Shown: one piece after another, positions 18,098 to 33,457 of the stretch
Numbering within the stretch: position 1 is the stretch's first letter
Layout: every line of letters starts with the position of its first letter
NCBI RefSeq assembly: GCF_009914755.1
Contig: NC_060934.1
Source of the DNA: the human T2T-CHM13v2.0 reference genome, Homo sapiens
Direction: 5' to 3' (one strand)
DNA length: 64,000 nucleotides
Translations under genes and position numbers: made by a program
The notes under the pieces: model-generated
The model's input: the letters and a program-made list of their open reading frames with translations, nothing else
Told to the model about the DNA's origin: nothing
Databases searched by the model: none

Positions 18098-20140
18098 TTT
18101 TTATTTTATTTTATTTTACTTTAAGTTCTGGGATACATGTTCAGAACGTGCAGGTTTGTTATATAGGGATACACGTGCCATGGTGGTTTGCTGCACCTAT
18201 CAACGCAGCATCTAGGTGTTAAGCCCCACATGCATTAGGTGTTTCTCCTAATGCTCTCCCTCCCCTTGCTTCCCACCCAACGGCAGGCCCCAGAGGTGAT
18301 GTTCCCCACCCTGAGTCCAAGTGTTCTCATTGTTCGATTCCCATCTATGAGTGAGAACATGCGGTGTTTGGCTTTCTGTTCCTGTGTTAGTTTGCTGAGA
18401 ATGATGGTTTCCAGTTTCATCTATGTCCCTGCAAAGGACATGATCTCATCCTTTTCTATGGCTGCATAGCATTGCATGGTGTATATGTGCCACATTTTCT
18501 TTATCCAGTGTATTATTTATCAGCATTTGGGTTGTTTCCAAGTCTTTGCTATTGTAAACAGTGCTGCAATAAACGTAACGGTGCATATATCTTAATAGTA
18601 GAATGGTTTATAATCCTTTGGGTATATACCCAGTAATGGGATTGCTGGGTCAAATGGTATTTCTGGTTCTAGATCCTTGAGGAATCGCCACACTGTCTTC
18701 CACAATAGTTGAACTAATTTACACTCCCACCAACAGTGTAAAAGCGTCCCTATTTCTTCCCATCCTTGCCAGCATCTGTTGTTTCCAGACATTTTAATGA
18801 TCGCCATTCTAACTGGCATGAGATGGTATCTCATTGTTGTTTTGATATGCATTTCTCTAATGACCAGTGATGATGAGCTTTTTTTCATATGTTTGTTGGC
18901 TGCATAAATGTCTTCTTTTGAGAAATATCTGTTCATATCCTTCTCCCACATTTTGGTGGGGTTTTTTGTTTATTTCTTGTAAATTTGTTTAAGTTCCTTG
19001 TATATTCTGGATATTAGTCCTTTATCAGATGGATAGAATGCAAAAATTTTCTCCCATTCTGTAGGTTGCCTATTCACTCTGATGATAGTTTCCTTTGCTG
19101 AGCAGAAGCTCTTCAGGTTAATTAGCTTCCATTTGTTAATCGTGACTTTTGTTGCCATTGCTTTTGGTGTTTTAGTCATTAAGTCTTTGCCCATGCCTAT
19201 GTCCTGAATGTCACTGTTGAGGTTTTCTTCTAGGCTTTTTGCAGTTTTAGATTTTACATTTAAGTCTTTAATCCATCTTGAGTTAATTTTTGTATAAGGT
19301 GTAAGGAAGGGGTCCAGTTTCTGTTTTCTTCAGCCAGTTTTTCCAGCATCATTTATTAAATAGGGAATCATTTCCTCATTGCTTGTTTTTGTCAGGTTTG
19401 TCAAAGATCAGATGGTTGTAGCTGTGTGGTGTTATTTCTGAGGCCTCTGTTCTGTTCCATTGGCCTATATATCTGTTTTTGTACCAGTACCATGCTGTTT
19501 TTGTTACTGCAGGCTTGTAGTATTGTTTGAAGTAAGGTAGCATGATGCCTCCAGCTTTGCTCTTTTTGCTTAGGATTGTCTTTGCTATACAGGTTCTTTT
19601 TTGTTCCATATGAAATTTAAAATAGTTTTTCCTAGTTCTGTGAAGAAAGTCAATGGTAGCTTGATGGGAATAGTAGCATTGAATGCATAAATAACTTTGG
19701 GTACAAAGACCATTTTCATGATATTAATTCTTCCTATCCATGAGCATGGAATGTTTTTCCATTTGTTTGTGTCCTCTCTTATTTCCTTGAGTGGTGATTT
19801 GTAGTTCTCCTTGAAGAGGTCCTTTACATCCCTTGTAAGTTGTATTCCTAGGTATTTTATTCTCTTTGTAGCAGTTGTGAATTGGAATTCACTCATGATT
19901 TGGCTCTCTGTTTGTCTATCATTGGTGTATAAAAATGCTTGTGATTTTTACACATTGATTTTATATCCTGAGAATTTGCTGAAGTTGTTTATCAGCTTAA
20001 GGAGTTTTTGGGCTGGGGTGATGGGGTATTCTAAATATACAATCATGTCATTTGCAAACAGAGACAATTTGATTTCCTCTCTTTCTCTTTGAATACCCTT
20101 TATTTCTTTCTCTTGCCTGATTGCTCTGGCCAGGACTTCT
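18098..20140 (-). mobile_element. L1PA (about PA7/8) 3' 2 kb in pseudogene intron 1
   Basis: 3'UTR plus ORF2 C-terminal remnants (ORFs at 18592, 19585, 19948). Confidence 0.9.
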
Positions 20141-20360
20141 AGTAATCTTGAAATAATACCAAGACAGTCTACTTCAGGGTCATGTGTAATGTTCTTCCCA
20201 TAAAGATCATGACACAGTAGAACTGTGATGTACATTAGAAATCTTTATTTTTAGAAAATTACAGGACAATCTCCCTAATGAACATAGATACAAAAATTCT
20301 CAGCAAAATACTAGAAAACCAAATCCAACAGCACATCAAAAAGATGTTATAGCATGGTCA

Positions 20361-20670
<310 letters not shown>

Positions 20671-21415
20671 TCAAGTGGGATTGGTTCCAGGCACACAAAA
20701 TGGTTCAACATACACAAATCAATAAATGTGATACATTACATCTGCAGGATGAAGGGCAAAAACCATGTGATCATTTCTACAGACAAAGAAAAAGCATTTG
20801 AGAAAACTTAGTATCCCTTTATGATAAAAACGGTTGACAGAGTAGGCATTGAAGGAACATATCTCAACATAATAAAACCTATATATGACAAATCCACAGC
20901 TAATGCCATATCAAATGGGGAAAAGCTGAAATCCTTTTCTCTAAGAACTGAGCAAGACAAGGATGCCTACTTTCACCACTCCTACACAACATAGGACTGG
21001 AACTTCTAACCAGCTAAATCAGCAGCAATTCTATATACCAATAATAAAATAGCTAAAAAAGAAATCAGAGGCAATCCTAGTTAGAATATCTGCAAAAATT
21101 ACCTAGGAATAAATTTAACCAAAGAGGTAAAAGACCTCTATAAGAAAAACTACAAAACACTGGTGTAAGAAACTGTAGATGACAGAAATAAATAGAAAAC
21201 TATTCCGTGCCCAGGGATTGAAATAATTAATGTTGTTAAAATGACCACATTACACAAAGTAATCCACAGATTCAATGCAATCCCTACAGAAATACCTATA
21301 ACGTTCTCAATAGAAATAGAAAAAGCAACCCTAAAATTTGTATGGAACCAAAAAAGAGCCTAACAGCCAAGGTAATTTTAACCAAGAAAAGAAAAAAGCT
21401 AGAGGAATCATACTA

Positions 21416-21831
<416 letters not shown>

Positions 21832-22629
21832 TCACCATATAAAAAATTAGCTCAAAATGATTAAAGACCTAAATGTAAGACCTGAAACTATAACACTATT
21901 TAAAGAAAACAAGGGAAATAGTACAGGACATTGGTCCAGACAAATATTTTATGACTAAGATGTCAAAAGCATAGGCAACAAAAACACAACTAGACAATTG
22001 GGACTATAGTAAAGTAAAACACTTTTGCACAGCAAAGGAGAAAATCAAAAAAGAGACATGTGGAATCACAGAAATTATCTGCAAACTATTCATCTGAAAA
22101 AGGGATAATATCCAGAAAACACAAGGAACTAAATAACTCAACAGCGAAATACATATAATTCCATTAAAATGTGGGCAAAGAACATGAATAAACATTTTTC
22201 AATATAAGACATACAAATAGCCAAAATATATATGAAACATGCTCAAAGTCACTAATCATGAGGTAACTGCAACTCAAAACCACAATGGGATATCATCTTG
22301 TCCCAGTTAGAATGGCTATTGCTAAAAAGAGAGAAAGTAACAGAAGCTGGGGAAGATGGACAGAAAAGGGAACTCATATACTGTTTTTCGGAATGTAAAT
22401 TACTACGACCATTATGGAAAACAACATGGAGATTTCTCAAAAAACTAAAAATAGAACTACCATATGATCCTGCAATCTCACCACTAGGTATATAACCAAA
22501 AGAAAGAAAATCAGTATATCAAAGGGATACCTGTAGTCTCATATTTTTTGCAGCACTACTCACAATAGCAAAGATATGGAAATAATACATGTCCAACAAC
22601 AGATGCATGGATAAAAAAATGTGGTATAT

Positions 22630-22879
22630 GCATGTTCTCATTTATAAGTGGGAGTTGAATGATGAGAACTCATGAACACATGGTGGGGAGCAACACACAT
22701 TTGGGTCTGTCCGAGGGGTTTGAGAAGAGGCAAACCTTCAGGAATAGCTAATGGACACTGGGCTTAATACCTAGGTGATGGGATGATGTGTGCAACAAAC
22801 CACCATGGCACATGTTTACCTATGTACCAGACCTACATATTCTGCACATATACCCCTGAACTTAAAATAAAAGTTGAAG
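22630..22879 (+). mobile_element. Short L1PA 3'-end insertion nested in L1MA
   Basis: 17-bp TSD AAAAAAATGTGGTATAT at 22613-22629 and 22880-22896. Confidence 0.85.
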
Positions 22880-24105
22880 AAAAAAATGTGGTATATACAC
22901 AGTGGAATACTATTTGGCCATAAAAAGGGATGCAATCCTGTTTTTTGCAGCACCATGAATGGAACTTGGGGTCATTATGTTAAGTGGAATAAGCCAGGCA
23001 CACAAATAAGCCATGTTACCACTCATACATGGAAACTAAAAAAGTTGATCTCATGGAGGTAGAAGGTAGGATAATAGTTACCAGGAAATGTTAAGGGTGG
23101 GAAGTGTAGGTGGAGTGTTTGCTTAATGGGTAAAAACATGCAGTGAGATAAAATAAATAAATTTTAATGTTCAATAGAACAGTAGGGTGATTATAATTAA
23201 CAGTAACATATTACATATTTCAAAATAACTAGAAGAGAGGACTTAAATATTGCCCAAATATAGAAATGATAAATACTTGATAAATACTTGAGGTGTATAA
23301 CACTGACTTAATCATTACACATTCCATGCATGTAACACAATATCACATGTACCCCATAAAAATTTACAAATATTATAAAGCAATAAAATATAAAGTAAAA
23401 ATAATTCACCCCCTGTAATTTTAATGCCCATCCCAGTTTGTTACAGCTGGTATTGTTATCACAAAAAGAGTGAGCACCAAGGAGGCAGAACCAGGACATG
23501 CAGCATCTCCTGGAAAAACAGTTTCTTCCACCGTCTAGCATTATTGGTCACAGGTAGCCACTTTGCAAAGAACTTCTCAAAATTCTGTACCAATAATTGA
23601 GCCCTGACTTATTACTTCTTTCATGCATTTATGCTGTTCTTGAACACATAGCTGTTTCCTTGACATCAGGCATAAAATGATGCTTCAGCAAAGTTCATTT
23701 TTCATGGCAATTCTGAATAAAACACATAGCTAAGATTGTAGATGATTTACTGAATGAAATCTTGAATCACATTTTTTCTTAGCATTTACCTTCAGCTAAC
23801 AATCATAGTAAGTGACTATAAAAAAAGAAAGAGTGTGGCAGTCCCAAATTTTGCCATTTTATTATTTTTATTCTATACAAGGGCCTAAATGTTTTTCTAC
23901 TCACAAAATGCAGTAACAACTTATTTCACTATTTCTGACAATGAGAGATTAGAAAAGGCAACAGAAACATCATCGTTTATATGGAGTAATTTCCTTTCCA
24001 AAGGTCTATTATAATAGTGGGTCTCCTGAAATATATTTTATTTTTAAAAAGGGGTCAATTTACTCATCCTTTGTGAGTCACTGGAGAAACATAAAGCGTA
24101 CTTAA

Positions 24106-24273
24106 ATTGCTACTAGATTTGCAGATATCCTTATCAGCCATCTGTAGGATACTTTCAATAACTTGGAGAGGAGTGGAATCAGAAGGGAGCTTCCCTCTCC
24201 CAGAGATCTGTGTTCACAGTGAAAGGAGAAGCAAACAGGAAAGACAGAGCATCAGTACCGCAGCCAGATCCAA
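24106..24273 (-). pseudogene. CYP2C58P: CYP2C pseudo-exon 1 (start, codon 20 and donor all disabled)
   Basis: (L)[54 protein letters not shown]; ATG>TTG, TGA at 24214-24216, donor GT>TT. Confidence 0.92.
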
Positions 24274-26440
24274 TGAAGGCTTCTCTTCTTACTAAGGCAA
24301 CTATGAGCTTGTACTTCAAGACATCTATAACACTGCCTGCTAATTCAGTGTGTGCCTCTTTGACATATAAAGTGACCAATCACCTAAATTCACTTATTGT
24401 CTTTTCTGAGTGGGCCTTGACCTTCTGACAGAAATAAAAATAAAATGTTCTGTGGCCTTATTCTCCTTTTATCCAGAGCTCTCCTTGGACATTTTTATTT
24501 AATTGCACTGGGTGGGGCTGAGGTATTGGTAATGAAAATAGAACCTGGTTGTTCCAGTGTGAAGTTATAATTAAGAAGCACTAACATAAATGATTTCATG
24601 CAAAATAGTTACTCAAAAATCTGAATTCTCAGATTAATAGCCAGTTGTGAATTTATGACTTTGAGGGAAATCAGTGCATTTTATGCCTTGTATAAATCAA
24701 ATATTAGGATATTAGTCCTGGATAATAAAAGCCTTTCAGACATTAAATATACTTTACTAACATAATAGTGACCTAAACATGAAATAGCTATCATAACTCA
24801 TACATCTTTAATTACCAAATGTTATGTCATGTTATTAGCTAATAAATTTATATACATTTCACCATTAAACAAAAGAAAATGTTGGAAGACAGAGATTATC
24901 ATTTTTTTCTTTTTCAAATGGGAAAAGGTAGGCTCTGGGAGAAGGGGAGACCTGTCAGTACCACACCATTCATACCTGGGAAAACTGAGATTTGAGCTGA
25001 GATGTTCCGATGTCAATTGTGGTGCATTGTCACTTACACCAGAGCTGCCTCAAGAACAATTTTATGAAAACAGAACAAACCCCCAAACATTAGTTACTCT
25101 GAATACACACCACATTGATACTATTCATATGGCAACCAGGCTTCACATCAAAGAGAAACCCCTTATTTGACTCCAGGGTTAACAGGACCAGAGATGCTCA
25201 AGAGAAGAAACAAAAGATAGGGTTCTCCCTATCTTTTATTCTCCCATCACTGCATAGGAGAAACTTGCTTAGCACAACTGAGTGAAGGACCAATCTCCAA
25301 TAATTTACTGCAGAGAGCTTGAGAAACTATGACTTCTCCATCTCCCAGTCACATCTAGACATGACCGCTTTTGTTGTTTTCGGTCTGTCATTGTCACAAA
25401 TAATAGAAAGTAGTAACATGCAGTAAGGAAAGAAATTACACACAGAACAACACTTTTAGATCCAGTAGAGGATGGGAAGTAGGAAAATCATTAAATGGCC
25501 CTGAGTATAGAACCACCAGAAGGTGCAGACCTGAACAGGAGATGATATTTAGTGGTCATGAAGATTATAATACACTTAGAATTAAATACATTACTCTATC
25601 ATTAATGACAATGTTTGTGCAAAGGCACATTCTGTAAAGATATCAGCATATTTGTTTTAAATGACTAGCATGGTTATTTCCAGCTCTTTTATTAAGAAAA
25701 ATTATGTCATGACACAGTTACTTAATGTAGCTCATGTTTACAAACTTTCTGACAATTTACAGATAATTTTTACACCCATTGTATCCCTTTTGATTCTCTT
25801 AATTATCTTTGCCTAAGGCAAAATTATTTCTGTTTTAGAGAGAAGAATATTGAACCTCAGAGATTCAGTACTTTGACCAAGGACAGACTGATTGCAGATG
25901 GAAGAACTGAGGCAGAAATCCACAACCCTTGCATCTTGCAGCTTTCCCTCCAAGTAAAACATTCAGTTCATCCAGGTTAACCAAGAGTTACTGATGATTT
26001 ACTATGACTCAATATTTAGAAGATTCAGTCTAATAATTAAATTTAAAAATACCCATTAATTTAGTTAATAATTCCAGTACTACTTGACTAAAATATGGGT
26101 TGGAAGAGTTTTCTTTTGTAACCTTTTGTACTTGAGTGAGTCCAGGTCTTGTAAATTCTTTATCCAGGGCAAAGTAAAGCAGTAATTTACTGCCCGATCC
26201 ACATAACTATAAACTCTAAAGGAGCTACACCAGCTTATTTGGATAACAATAAGCCAGTTGCTCTCTTTGGAGCAAGTCTTTCATTTCTTGAGAGACAGGT
26301 GTCCCTGTTCTGCTTCTCCTCCCTTCTGTGGAGCTGGGTTCCCAACTAGATCATTTGTTTTATAGAATAAAAGAAACACAGGTAATTTAAAGATAGATGG
26401 GATCTATGAAATCAACTAGTCTAAACTTTGCTTTTTAGGA
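24274..26440 (-). promoter_or_regulatory. CYP2C-type promoter relic
   Basis: DR1 AGGTCA-A-GGCCCA at 24411-24423, CCAAT near 24376, TATAGA near 24325; collinear similarity with 53.7-57.0 kb of this window. Confidence 0.7.
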
Positions 26441-26444
26441 ATTA

Positions 26445-29400
26445 GTAATGTGATGCTTCCAGATTTGTTCTTTTTGCTTAGTCTTTGGCTATGTGGGCTC
26501 CTTTTTGGTTCCATATGAATCATAGGATTGTTTTTTCTAGCCCTGTGAAGAATGATGATGGTGTTTTAATGGGAATTACATTGAATTTGTAGATTGCTTT
26601 TGGCGGTATGGTCATTTTCACAATATCAAATCTACTCATCCATGAGCATGGGATGTGTTTCCATTTGTTTGTGTTGCGTATGATTTATTTCAGTGTTTTG
26701 TAGTTTTGCTTGTAGAGGTCTTTCAGGTTCTTGGTTAGGTATACTTCTAAGGTTTTTTCTTTTTTGCAGCTCTTTTGAAAGGTGTTGTGTTCTTGATTTG
26801 ATTATCTGCTTGGTCGCTTGGGTGCATAGTAGAGAGCTACTGATTGGTGTACATTAATTTTGTATCCTGAAACTTTGCTGAATTGATTTACCAATTCTAG
26901 GATTTTTTAGGGGTCATTAGGGTTTTCTAGGTATACAATCATATTATCAGCAAACAGCAACAGTTTGACTTCCTCTTTACCAAATTAGATGCTCTTGATT
27001 TCTTTCTCTTGCCTGATTGCTCAGGCTAGGACTTCCAGTACTATCTTGAATAGATGTGGTGAAAGGGCCTCCTTGTATTGTTCCAGTTCTCAGGGGGAAT
27101 GCTTTCAACTTTTCTCTGTTCAAGATAATGTTGGTTGTGAGTTTGTCATAGATGGCTTTTATTACCTTAAGGTATGTCTCTTCTATGCCGCTTTTGCTGA
27201 GGGTTTTAATCATAAAGAGGTGCTGGATTTTGTCAAATCTTTTACTGCATTTGCATTTATTGAGATCATCATGTGATTTTCATTTTTAATTCTGTTTATG
27301 TGTTGTATCACATGTATTGACTTATGTATGTTAAACTATCCTTGCATCCCTGATATGATACCCACATAATCATGATGGATTATCTTTTTGATATGCTGTT
27401 GGATTATGTTAGCTAGCATTTTGTTGAGAATTTTTCCATCTATGTTTATCAGGGATGTTGGTCTGTAGTTTTCTTTTTTTTGTTAGGCCTTTCCTTGTTT
27501 TGGTATTAGGGTGATACCGCTTTCATAGGATGATTTGAGAGGCTTCCCTCTTTCTCTATCTTTGGAATAGTGTCAATAGAATTGGTACCAATTCTTCTTC
27601 AAATGTCTGAGAGAATTCAGCTGTGAATCCATCTGATCCTGGACTTTTTCTTGTTGGCATTTTTTATTTTATTTTATTTTATTTTTGCATTTTTTAAAAT
27701 CACCATTTCCATCTTGCTGCTTGCTATTGGTCTGTTCAGAGATTCTATGTCTTCCTTGTTTAATCTAGGAGTGCTGTATATTATGAGGAATTTCTCCATT
27801 TCCTCTGGGTTTTGTAGTTTATCTGCATAAAGGTGTTCATATTAGCCTTAAATAACCTTATGTATTTCTGTGGTATCAGTTGTAATATCTCCTGTTTCAT
27901 TTCTAATTGAGCTTATTTGGATCTTCTCTCTTCTTTTCTTGGTTAATTTCACTCATGTTCTATCAATTTTATTTATCGTCTCAAAGAATCAGCTTTTTGT
28001 TTCATCTATGTTTTGTATTTTTTTGTTTCAATTTCATTTAGTCCTGCTCTGATCTTCATTATTTCTTTTCTTCTGCTGGGTTTGGGTTTGGATTGTTCTT
28101 GTTTCTCCAGTTCCATAAAGTATGACCTTACATTGTCTATTTGTGCTCTTTCAGACTTTTTGATGTAGACATTTAATGCTATAAACTCTCCTCTCAGCAC
28201 CACCATTGCTGTATCCCAGAGGTTTTGATAGGTTGTGTCAATATTATTGTTCAGTTCAAGGAATTTTTAAATTTCCATATTGATTTCATTGTTGACCCAA
28301 TGATCACTCAGGAGCAGGTTATTTAATTTCCATTTGCATGGTTTTGAGTGTTCCTTTTGGAGTTGATTTCCAATTTTATTCTACTGTGGTCTGAGAGAGT
28401 ACTTGATATAATTTCAATTTTCTTAAATTTCCTGAGACTGGTTTTGTGGCCTATCATATGGTCTGTCTTGGAAAATATTTCATGTGTTGATGAATAAAAC
28501 ATATCTTCTGCAGTTGTTGGGTAGAATGTTCTGTAAATATCTGTTAAGTCCATTTGTTATGGGGTATAGTTTAGGTCCATTGTTTCTTTGTTGACTTTGT
28601 GTCTTGATGATCTGTCTAGTGCTGTCAGTGGAATATTAAAGTCCCCCACTATTATGGTGTTGCCATCTATCTCATTTCTTAGGTCTAGTAGTAATTGTTT
28701 TATAAATTTGGGAGCTCCAGTGTTAGGTGCATATATATTTAGAATTGTAATATTTTCCTGTTGGACTAGTCCTTTTAACATTATATAATGTCCCTTTTTG
28801 TCTTTTTTAACTGCTGTTGCTTTAAAGTTTGTTTTGTCTGACATAAGAATAGCTACTCCTACTTGCTTTTGGTGTCCATTTGCATAGAATATCTTTTTCC
28901 ACCTTTTTTACCTTAAGTTTATGTGAGTCCTTATGGGTTAGGCTAGTCTCCTGAAGACAGTAGAAACTTGGTTGGTAAATTCTTACCCATTCTGCCATTC
29001 TATATCTTTCAAGTGGGGACATTTAGGTTATTTACAATCAGTGTGAGTATGGAGATATGAGGTACTATTCTAGTCATCATGCTATTTGTTGCCTGAATAT
29101 CTTGTTTTTTTATTATCTTATTGTTATATTGGTCCTGAGAGATTTACGCTGTAAGGAAGTTCTATTTTCAAGGATTTGTTTCAAGATTTAGAGCTCCATT
29201 TAGCAGTTCGTGTAGTGCTGCCTTGATAGTGGTGAATTCTGTCAACATTTATTTGTCTGGAAAAGACTATATCTTTCCTTCATTTAGGAAGCTTAGTTTC
29301 ACTGGATACAAAATTCTTTCCTGACAATTGTTTTGCTTAAGGAGACTAAATATAGGATTCCAATCCCTTCTAGCTTGTAGGGTTTCTGCTGAGATATCTT

Positions 29401-31220
29401 TTGTAATCTAATAGGCTTTTCCTTATAGGTTACCTGATGCTTTTGCCTCAGACCTCTTAAGATTCTTTTCTTTGTCTTTAGATAACCTGATGATTATGTG
29501 CCTAGGTGATGATCTTTTTGTGATGAATTTCCCAGGTGTTCTTTGAGATTCTTGTATTTGGATGTCTAGATCTCTAGCAAGGCTGGGAAAGTTTTCCTCG
29601 ATTATTCCCTCAAATATATTTTCCACACTTTCAGATTTCTCTTCTTCCTCAGGAACACCAATTATTCTTAGGTTTGGACATTTAACCTAGTCCTAAAATT
29701 CTTGGAGACTTTGTTCATTTTTTTTTTACATTTTTTTTTACTTTATCTTTGATGGATTGGGTTAATTCAAAAGCCTTGTCTTCAAGCTCTGAAGTTCTTT
29801 CTTCTGCTGGTTCAGTTTGATTGCTGGGACTTTCCAGCATTTCTCTAAGTGTGTCCTTGTTTTCCAGAAGTTGTGGTTGTTTTTTATTTATGCTGTTTCA
29901 CAGAAGAATTTTACTCTCACATCTTGTATCATGTGTTTTGATTTCTTTAAGTTGGATTTCACCTTTCTCTGGTGCCTCCTTGGTTAGTTTAATAAATGAC
30001 TTATTAGTTTAATAAATGACTTTTTCTGGCAATTCAGAGATCTCATCTTTGTTTCGTTCCATTGCTGATGATCTGGTATGATCTTTTGGGGCTGTTAAAG
30101 AATATTGTTTGGTCATATTACCAGTATTGTTTATCTGATTCCTTCTCATTTGGATAGATTATGTCAGAGGAAAGATCTGGGGCTCAAGAGCTGCTGTTCA
30201 GATTCTTTTGTCCCAAAGAGTGCTTGCTTGATGTGGTGTTCTCCCCCTTTCCCTATGAATAGGGCTTCCTAAGAGCCAAACTGTAGTGACTATTTTTGCT
30301 TTTCTGGGTCTAGGCACCCAGTGGAGCTACTGGGCTCAGGGCTGGTCCTGGGGAATATCAGCAATGAGTCATGTGACATGATCCACTTTCAGGTTTTGCA
30401 GCTGTGGATACCAGCACCTGCTCTGGTGGAGGTTGCAGGGAATTGAAATGGACTCTGTGAGGGTCCTTGGTTGTGTTTTTGTTTAGTGTGCTGGTTTTGT
30501 GTTGGTTGGCTTCCAGCCAGGAGGTGGTGGTTTCAAGAACACATCATCTGTGGTCCTATAGAGAGGATGCAAACTTGCCTTAGAAACACCTGGTTAAGAA
30601 TTCAGGTGGTGGGCAGGGCCATAGAGCTCCCATGAGATTGTGACCTTTGTCTTCGGCTACTAGGGCAGGTAGAGAAAGACCACCAGGTGGGGGCATGGTT
30701 AGACATTTCTTAGCTCAGCTTCCTCTTGGTTGGGACTTGCTGTGGCTGCTGTGGGAGATGGGAGTGTGGTTTCCAGCCCAATGGAGTTATATTACCAGGG
30801 GGATTATGGCTGTCCCTGCTGAATCATGGGGGCCACCAGGGGAAAGCCATCAGTCACAGGCCTCACCTCGCTCCCACACAGCTCACAGTCCTAAAGGCCA
30901 GTTTCACTCCCACTGATCCCCACCTGCTCCCAACAACACCGAGTCTGTTTCCAGGTAGCCTGTGACCAGGGCTGTGAACTTGCCCCACCATGAGCCTCCC
31001 TGCTGAGAAAGCAAGCAGACTCATGGTTTCTTGGCAACTCAGGGAGCCTGCAGCAGCGATTCAGTTCCTTCAAAGGGTCTGTGGATTCTCTCAGCTTTCC
31101 TGATTTGCTCTTGTGGTAGTTCTTGGAATAAAATTTTACCATGTGAGTCTCCACATGCTGCTCTGTCCATCCGAGCAGGAGCTGCAAGCTAGTACTGCCT
31201 CCTATCTGCCATCTTCCCCC
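26445..31220 (-). mobile_element. L1PB-type element: 5'UTR, ORF1 and ORF2, lacking the 3' end
   Basis: 5' end (AAGATGGCAGATAGGAGGCAG on - strand, near 31215), ORF1 remnant 29423-29626, EN remnants 28006-29022, RT remnant 26977-27213. Confidence 0.9.
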
Positions 31221-31454
31221 TCAACTATTTCTTAATAGCAGTGTGAGAACATACATACACAGCTGCTATTATCATCACTATCACTACTGCTATTATTATT
31301 ATTACACTTTGGGCATGAGCTTCAGATTCCATGCCAGCTTCATACCATTTTGTTATGACAGCCTTGCAATGTCTACTCTTGGATTCAGTGTTATATCTTC
31401 TAAGCTGCTTTTTGTTCTGTTCATTTCTTTGTCATCTATTCTGTGGTAACATTG

Positions 31455-32775
31455 GGAGGAAAGTTTTTTGCCCATTTTTTATTCCTTTCTTTTCTTTGCT
31501 GTTGAGTTGTTTGAGTTTCTTGTTATTAATCCCTTGTCAATTGAATAGTTTGCAAATATTTTCTTCCATTCTGTAGGTTATCTCTTCACTATACTAATTA
31601 TTTTCTTTGTTGTGCAGAAGATTTTTAGCTTGATATGATCCCATTTGTACTTTTTTTTTTTTTGCTTCTCTTGCTTGTGCTTTTGAGGTGTTATTCAAGA
31701 AATCTTTGCCTGAACTAATGTCCTGAAGAGTTTCCCCAATATTTTATTCTAGGAGTTTCATAAAGACTTACATTTAAGTCTTTAATCCACTTTAATTTTA
31801 TTTTTTGTATATGTTGAGAGATAAGGGCCTAGTTTCATTATTCTGTATGTGTATATCCAACTTTCCCAGCGTCATTCATTAAAGGGACTGCCCTTTCCCC
31901 AATAAATGTTCTTGGTGCATTTGTAAAAAGTGAGTTGACTGTAAATGGGTGGGTGTATTTCTGGGTCCTCTATTCTGTTCCACTGATCTTTGTTTCTGTT
32001 TTTATACTAGAACCATGTTGTTTTTGTTACTATAGATTTGTAGTGTAATTTGAAATAAGGTAATTTGATGCCTCTAGCTTTGTTCTTTATGCTCTGGATT
32101 GTGTTTAGTATTCTGGGTCTTTTGTGGTTTTATATAAATTTTTGGATTTTTTTCTATTTCTGTGAAGAATTTTATTAGTATTTTGATAGAAATTGCAGTA
32201 AATCTGTAGGTCACTTTGGATAGCATGGTCATTTTAACAATATTGATTTTTCCAATCCATGAGCTTGGAATATCTTTCAATTTTTTGTGTCCTCTTCAGC
32301 TTCTTTCATCAATGTTTCAGAGTATTTTAAGGTTTTATTCTTAATTATTATGGATACATAGTAGATATACATGTTTATGGGGCACATGTGATGTGTTGAT
32401 ACAGGCATACAGTGTGTAATGATCCAATCAGGGTAATTGTGGGTACTCATCACCTCAAGCTTTTATTATATCTTTGTGTCAGGAACATTCTAATTTTACT
32501 CTTTTAGTTATTTTAAAATATACAATAAATTGTTAACTGTAGTTGCCCCATCATGCCACACACTATGAGATTTTTAGTTTTTATTGCAGAATTCTTTTAA
32601 TTATTTGATTCAGTTTATTCTTAGATATTTTATTTTATTTGTAGCTGTTGTAAGTAAGGTTACTTTGTTGGTTTCTTTTTCAAGTTGTTTGCTGCTGGCA
32701 TATAGAAATGCTACTGATTTTTGTATATTGGGTTTGTCTCCTGCAGCTTCACTGAATTCACTTATCAGTTTTATA
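31455..32775 (-). mobile_element. Old L1M ORF2 fragment with a nested L1MA 3' end (about 32330-32560)
   Basis: [18 protein letters not shown] remnant. Confidence 0.75.
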
Positions 32776-33457
32776 TGATAGCTTTATAATATGTCTTAAA
32801 GCTTTTCTTTTTCTTGTCTGCCTGCCAAACTGAGGTTCCTCCACTGATTGGTATCCCGTACTCTGAAAGGGCCAAGTGACTCTGTGTACTTGTAAACTAC
32901 AGCTACTGGGAGATCCTAAGGAGGGCACCACATAACCTGGAAGCCATGAAATGATGGCTGATTAGCAGCAATGTATACGTGCCTCTTTGGAACAACCAAA
33001 GTAATGTAAAGACAGTCACACTTTGAATACATTATCCAAAAGGGAACATAGAATTTCAACAGAAAAGTGTCATGAAGGTTAAACAAACTAGGAAGGAGAA
33101 GGAAAACAAGAAGCTGCTTGGCCATAAGTGACCCTAATATGAAGAAAGGGTGAATGAGTATTTTTGCAGTTCACTTTCCCACTGGGAATTGTTTAATCCA
33201 GGCTATGGAAGAGCACTGACATGCCTGAGTTCGGAATCTAACTTAGGGAGCAGCCAAGAGACTGTGTAGTGGAAGTGCTTCAGGGAAAGAACTCACTCTT
33301 GGTACCATGACCTTTTGAAAACCTAAGCAACTACAGCAAGATGCCATTTCTGATCCTAGCTTTTAACAGACTGTGCTATCATGGGAACCAACACTACCAC
33401 TCCTAGGCATTAGGGAAACTTGCACTGTTGGTTGCAGAACAGGGACAAAAGTAGGGA

